From contig JAUNDZ010000006.1 of assembly GCA_030525825.1 (NCBI GenBank), positions 12,039-76,038 of the forward strand: a DNA stretch of 64,000 bases. The letters run 5' to 3'. The notes below the pieces were generated by a model, which was not told where the DNA came from, ran no database searches, and saw only the letters and a program-made list of their open reading frames with translations. Both the position numbers and the translations under genes were made by a program. This stretch comes from Moraxella sp. (GTDB taxonomy: Bacteria > Pseudomonadota > Gammaproteobacteria > Pseudomonadales > Moraxellaceae). This document shows positions 59,637 to 64,000 of this stretch, piece after piece. Numbering within the stretch: position 1 is the first letter of the stretch; every line of letters starts with the position of its first letter.

Positions 59637-60260
59637 ATGGACAATCTGCCAAAATTCATCAGTTTTGAAGGAACAGAAGGGGTGGGCAAGACCACCGCTA
59701 TCGATGGATTTTGTCGTCATTTGGATACGCTTGGCATCGAGTATGTGCGTACTCGTGAACCGGGCGGGGCAGATGTGGCGGAGATTATTCGTGGCATACT
59801 GCTGGATAAGAACAGCACCCTAAATGACGATACCGAGCTGCTGCTCATGTTCGCCGCCCGAGCCGACCACTTATATAAGACGATACTGCCCGCCCTAGAT
59901 GCAGGCAAATGGGTGGTGTGTGATAGATTCATTGACAGCACGGTGGCGTATCAGGGCTTTGGGCGTTTTGGGGGTGATGCTAAGGCACTGGCTAAGATTG
60001 AGCTTTTGATTGCTCATTTTGTGCCAAGGCTGCCTGATGTTACGCTGTGGCTGGATTTGGATGTGCTGACTGGGATGCAGCGTGCCGCCAAGCGTAGCCA
60101 AGCCGACCGCTTTGAGTCCTTGGATACCCAATTTTTTGATAAGGTATATCAAGGGCTTGCCCATCAGCACGCCAAACACCCCCATCGCATTCACCGCATT
60201 GACGCTGGTGGCAGCATTGATGAAGTGGGCGAGCGTATTCGTCAGGCGGTTTTTGGCTAA
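59637..60260 (+). CDS. tmk: Thymidylate kinase
   Basis: FISFEGTEGVGKTT, TREPGG, CDRFIDSTVAYQG. Confidence 0.96.
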   Translation: MDNLPKFISFEGTEGVGKTTAIDGFCRHLDTLGIEYVRTREPGGADVAEIIRGILLDKNSTLNDDTELLLMFAARADHLYKTILPALDAGKWVVCDRFIDSTVAYQGFGRFGGDAKALAKIELLIAHFVPRLPDVTLWLDLDVLTGMQRAAKRSQADRFESLDTQFFDKVYQGLAHQHAKHPHRIHRIDAGGSIDEVGERIRQAVFG

Positions 60261-60420
60261 CTTGGTCGCCAGTTCTTGTAACTTTGTTACTGGGCTGGCA
60301 ATTTTTTTACTAATAAGCATTACTTGACTGGTGAGCGGATTTTTAAGATACTATGCGGTTTTGATATTAAGAAAACTTCTCATTTATGTATTGATGTTGT
60401 CATCAGATAAGGATTATTCT

Positions 60421-61806
60421 ATGCGTATGTTTGTCAAGTCTGCTCTGGTTGGGGCGGTGCTGTCGTTGATGGCAGCAACCCCTTATGTGCATGTCATACC
60501 AACAGCACAAGCGGTGGTTCAGGTGGATTTTGCTGATTTGGTGGAGCGAGTATCAAGCGGTGTGGTGCGTGTCTCTACCACCAAGCCTGTCAGCAAAGAT
60601 GACTTGACCAGTCCACAGGCTCAGGTTTTGCGAGAGTATTTGGGCGAGCATGGGGCATTGCCGACCATTGAACATGGGTTTGGCACGGGTTTTTTTATCA
60701 CCACAGACGGCTATATCTTGACCAACCATCATGTCGTCAAAGGAGCAGATGACATCACCGTTACCCTAAACGACCGTACCGAGTTGGATGCGGTGCTTGT
60801 CGGTTCTGATGAAGCATCGGACATCGCTGTATTAAAGGTAGCGGGGGAGAATTTTCCTGCCCTGACAGCATCAAAAGATGAAGTGCGTGTGGGCGAGCCT
60901 GTGCTTGCCATCGGCTCGCCTTTTGGGTTTGATTATTCGGCGTCAGCAGGCATCGTCTCTGCCAAATCACGCAACATGACCCCTGATGCGACCACGCCCT
61001 TTATTCAGTCGGATGTCGCTTTAAATCAAGGCAATTCGGGTGGACCGCTGTTTAATAAAAAAGGCGAAGTCATCGGGGTGAATTCACACATTTTTAGCGA
61101 CACGGGCGGCTATATGGGGCTGTCATTCTCCATTCCCATTGATGCCGCCTTGTACATCTATGAGCAGTTAAAGACAGATGGCAAGGTACGCCGTGCGGCA
61201 TTGGGTCTGACGGTGCAGGATGTCGATCGTAATTTGGCTCAGCTGTACGGTCTGGCACGACCACAAGGAGCGTTGCTCACTCGAGTATTGGCAGATTCGC
61301 CTGCATCACAAGCAGGGCTTCGGGCAGGGGATTTGGTGCTTACTTTTAATGGCAAACCTATCACGCACGCTGCCGAACTGCTGAACCTATTAAACCGTGC
61401 CAAGCCACAAGAGCACTTTAATCTGACCTACCAACGAGACGGACAAAAATTTGTCGCACAGGGTCGATTTGCCGAAGCTCCCAGTGATGTGTCGGCAGGT
61501 GGTAAGCACCAAAGTCAAGGGGTAAAACTAGGACTTCGCCTAAAAGAGCTGACTGATGCCGAAGAGCGACTGCTGCATAATTTTGGTGTGGCAGGTGGTG
61601 TGATGATTACCGCAGTCAGCCCGATGGGATTGGCATCACGCTCGGGCATACAGGCGGGCGATGTCATTGTCGCCTTGAATAATCTGCCGACCACCAGTGC
61701 TGATGAGATGGCGGTCGCTGTGCAGAGCCTGCCAAAGCAGGGGGTTGTGCCTGTGCAGTTCATCAGGCAAGGTACGCCTGCCATCATTGGTATGCGTATC
61801 GAATGA
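60421..61806 (+). CDS. DegP/DegQ/MucD family periplasmic serine protease
   Basis: Signal peptide, LTNHHVV, DIAVLK, GNSGGPL, two PDZ domains. Confidence 0.92.
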   Translation: MRMFVKSALVGAVLSLMAATPYVHVIPTAQAVVQVDFADLVERVSSGVVRVSTTKPVSKDDLTSPQAQVLREYLGEHGALPTIEHGFGTGFFITTDGYILTNHHVVKGADDITVTLNDRTELDAVLVGSDEASDIAVLKVAGENFPALTASKDEVRVGEPVLAIGSPFGFDYSASAGIVSAKSRNMTPDATTPFIQSDVALNQGNSGGPLFNKKGEVIGVNSHIFSDTGGYMGLSFSIPIDAALYIYEQLKTDGKVRRAALGLTVQDVDRNLAQLYGLARPQGALLTRVLADSPASQAGLRAGDLVLTFNGKPITHAAELLNLLNRAKPQEHFNLTYQRDGQKFVAQGRFAEAPSDVSAGGKHQSQGVKLGLRLKELTDAEERLLHNFGVAGGVMITAVSPMGLASRSGIQAGDVIVALNNLPTTSADEMAVAVQSLPKQGVVPVQFIRQGTPAIIGMRIE

Positions 61807-61913
61807 GATGAATTTTTGCAAAATAAATCTAAAAAATCCATCAAAAGCTAAAGCAATTATGATACACTAGACTTATTTTAGTAATTATTTTTAATCTTAT
61901 AATTGGCTTTATT

Positions 61914-62819
61914 ATGACAGACATTTATCAAGACATTAAGTCAAAGTTAAAAGGCTCTATCACAGCACTGGTTACGCCGATGACAGCTGATGGTGCGGTG
62001 GATTATGACGCACTTGCCAAGCTCATTGATTGGCAGATTGATGAAGGCACGCACGCACTGGTTGCTGTCGGTACGACGGGCGAATCGGCGACTTTGTCGA
62101 TGGATGAGCACATCGAAGTGATTCGCTTTTTTGTTGAGCATGTGGCTGGTCGTGTGCCTGTGATTGCAGGCACAGGGGCGAACAACACCCTAGAAGCGAT
62201 TGAGCTGACCGTTGCCGCCAAAGAGGCAGGTGCAGACTGTGCGTTGCTTGTTGCCCCTTATTATAATAAGCCAACCCAAGAAGGCATCTATCAGCACTAC
62301 AAAGTCATCAGCGAAGCGGTGGACATTCCGCAGGTGCTGTACAATGTACCAGGGCGTACCATCGTGGACATCAGTCAAGAGACGGTGGAGCGTCTGATGA
62401 CCTTGCCAAACATCGTCGCCATCAAGGACGCTACAGGCAGCGTGGAGCGTGGTGCGGCACTCATTAAGGCAGTTGGCGAGCATATGGTGGTGCTGTCAGG
62501 CGATGACCCAACGGCATTAGAACTCATCAAGCACGGTGCTAAGGGCAATATCTCTGTAACTTCAAACATCGCACCTAAGGCGATGAGTCAAGTATTTGAG
62601 CTGGCGTTGGCAGGCGATTTTGAGCAAGCAGCACAGATTCACGACACCGTCAAGCATCTGCACAAAGACCTGTTTTGTGAATCAAGCCCACAGCCTGTGA
62701 AGTATGCCTTGCATAAGATGGGTAAGATTGACACAGGCATTCGTTTGCCGCTCGTTTGGTTGTCAGCGGATAATCAGCCTGTTATCGATGACGCATTAAC
62801 CAAAGCAGGTCTGCTGTAA
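61914..62819 (+). CDS. dapA: 4-hydroxy-tetrahydrodipicolinate synthase
   Basis: GTTGES, PYYNKP, LYNVPGRT, IKDATG. Confidence 0.96.
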   Translation: MTDIYQDIKSKLKGSITALVTPMTADGAVDYDALAKLIDWQIDEGTHALVAVGTTGESATLSMDEHIEVIRFFVEHVAGRVPVIAGTGANNTLEAIELTVAAKEAGADCALLVAPYYNKPTQEGIYQHYKVISEAVDIPQVLYNVPGRTIVDISQETVERLMTLPNIVAIKDATGSVERGAALIKAVGEHMVVLSGDDPTALELIKHGAKGNISVTSNIAPKAMSQVFELALAGDFEQAAQIHDTVKHLHKDLFCESSPQPVKYALHKMGKIDTGIRLPLVWLSADNQPVIDDALTKAGLL

Positions 62820-62854
62820 TCAATAGAGCAAGATAGCAAGATAAAGGATAAGTT

Positions 62855-63133
62855 ATGAACATCATCAAAATGACCGCCGTGGCTGCCTTGCTTGGCGTGG
62901 TGGCGACCACAGGCTGTACAAGCGTCAAAGGCTTTTTGGGTAAGCGTGATAACGGCAGCCTAGATTATCAGTCTAGCCAAAAACTGCCACCCATCAAGCT
63001 GCCAGTACACCAAGAGACCGCTGAATTCGTTCCTCTGTATCCTACCCCAAATCAGCAGGGCGATACAGGCTTTAAAAATGCAGCAGGCAAGCAGTTTGAG
63101 TTGCCAAAGCCGCCCACTCAGTCTGCTCAATAA
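62855..63133 (+). CDS. Small lipoprotein at the bamC/nlpB position
   Basis: Lipobox ATTGC; LDYQ....LPPI.LP motif; between dapA and purC. Confidence 0.72.
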   Translation: MNIIKMTAVAALLGVVATTGCTSVKGFLGKRDNGSLDYQSSQKLPPIKLPVHQETAEFVPLYPTPNQQGDTGFKNAAGKQFELPKPPTQSAQ

Positions 63134-63172
63134 TTATTGATTGTTTAAATTTAATTTCACACGAGAATCGTC

Positions 63173-63889
63173 ATGGAAAAACAAGCCCTGTTATACACTG
63201 GTAAAGCCAAGTCTGTCTATGAGACTGAGCACGAAGATTATCTGATTTTGCATTTTCGTAATGATGCGTCTGCATTTAATGGCGAAAAAATTGCCCAGCT
63301 TGACCGCAAAGGCAAGGTAAACAACCGCTTTAACGCATTCATCATGCAAAAACTTGCTGATGCAGGGATTGAGACGCATTTTGAGCGTCAATTATCAGAT
63401 GATGAAGTGCTGGTAAAACGCCTAAAAATGATTCCTGTGGAATGCGTGGTGCGTAACTATGCCGCTGGCGGTCTGATGAAGCGTTTGGGGCTAGAAGAGG
63501 GCTTGCCACTCATGCCGCCCACCTTTGAGCTGTTCTATAAAGATGACGCACTGGGCGACCCAATGCTGTCAGAATCGACCGCCATCGCCCTAGGCTATGC
63601 CACCGCCGATGAGCTTGAACAGATGAAGGCATTGACCTATAAGGTCAATGAAGTGCTAAGCAAAATCTTTGATGATGCAGGGCTGCTGCTCGTGGACTTT
63701 AAACTTGAATTTGGTCTGTTCCACGGTCGCATCGTGCTGGGCGATGAGTTCTCGCCAGATGGTTGCCGCTTGTGGGATAAAGAAACCAAGAAAAAACTCG
63801 ACAAAGACCGCTTCCGTCAAGGGCTTGGCGATGTCGTTGAGGGCTATGAAGAGGTCGCCAGACGCATTGGCGTGCCACTAGAAGGCTAA
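63173..63889 (+). CDS. purC: SAICAR synthase
   Basis: [44 protein letters not shown]. Confidence 0.96.
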   Translation: MEKQALLYTGKAKSVYETEHEDYLILHFRNDASAFNGEKIAQLDRKGKVNNRFNAFIMQKLADAGIETHFERQLSDDEVLVKRLKMIPVECVVRNYAAGGLMKRLGLEEGLPLMPPTFELFYKDDALGDPMLSESTAIALGYATADELEQMKALTYKVNEVLSKIFDDAGLLLVDFKLEFGLFHGRIVLGDEFSPDGCRLWDKETKKKLDKDRFRQGLGDVVEGYEEVARRIGVPLEG

Positions 63890-63944
63890 TCTAAGTAAAA
63901 ACTCAAGCATCGTCTTGGGTTTTTTATTAAAAAAGGAAAAATCC

Positions 63945-64000
63945 ATGCCAAATAACACACTGTATAAATTCATCGGCTACATTCCAGAGAGCGATTTGGA
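63945..64000 (+). CDS. 5' end of a probable YqfO/NIF3-related small protein (partial)
   Basis: RBS AAGGA, then MPNNTLYKFIGYIPESDL, resembling the YKL.F.VPE.HL start of that family; only 18 codons visible. Confidence 0.45.
   Translation, partial: MPNNTLYKFIGYIPESDL

Noticed and set aside
1-64000. CRISPR array, rRNA/tRNA, prophage, IS transposase, Neisseria DUS or Pasteurellaceae USS enrichment
   Set aside because: None seen by eye; the REP-like repeats are dispersed rather than regularly spaced, and only partial uptake-sequence matches were noticed

Overview
A 64-kb, gene-dense chromosomal segment, most consistent with a Moraxella species (Moraxellaceae). This is inferred from protein style and from syntenies such as pcnB-folK-panB-panC-rapZ, ubiG-gph-yciK, pabC-mltG-tmk and dapA-lipoprotein-purC. 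It is mostly housekeeping: mpl, dsbB, gshA, tyrS, parE, manB, cysK, mazG, dsbA, plsB, pdxH, prlC, glmS, hslO, a polar amino-acid ABC system with three binding proteins, proA, aroE and a DegP-family protease. No prophage, transposase, CRISPR, rRNA or tRNA was seen. Two features stand out. (1) A candidate ~128-nt CsrB/RsmY-type sRNA, not covered by any credible ORF, lies between yjgA and dsbA on the minus strand. It has GGA-loop hairpins, its own -10 and terminator, and a GacA-box-like palindrome at about -59 to -76. (2) A five-gene operon encodes an acyl-CoA-dehydrogenase-fold enzyme apparently lacking the usual catalytic Glu, a rubredoxin/NAD(P)H-reductase fusion and an NrtABD/CynABD-type anion importer. 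This is a candidate uncharacterised uptake-plus-redox pathway. Also noted: GTAG-type REP/REPIN-like repeats, a frameshifted sotB splitting yqiA-parE, a HigBA-like TA module with a palindromic operator, and a Sel1-repeat gene whose start codon reads ATA. All product calls come from motif recognition; no database searches were run.
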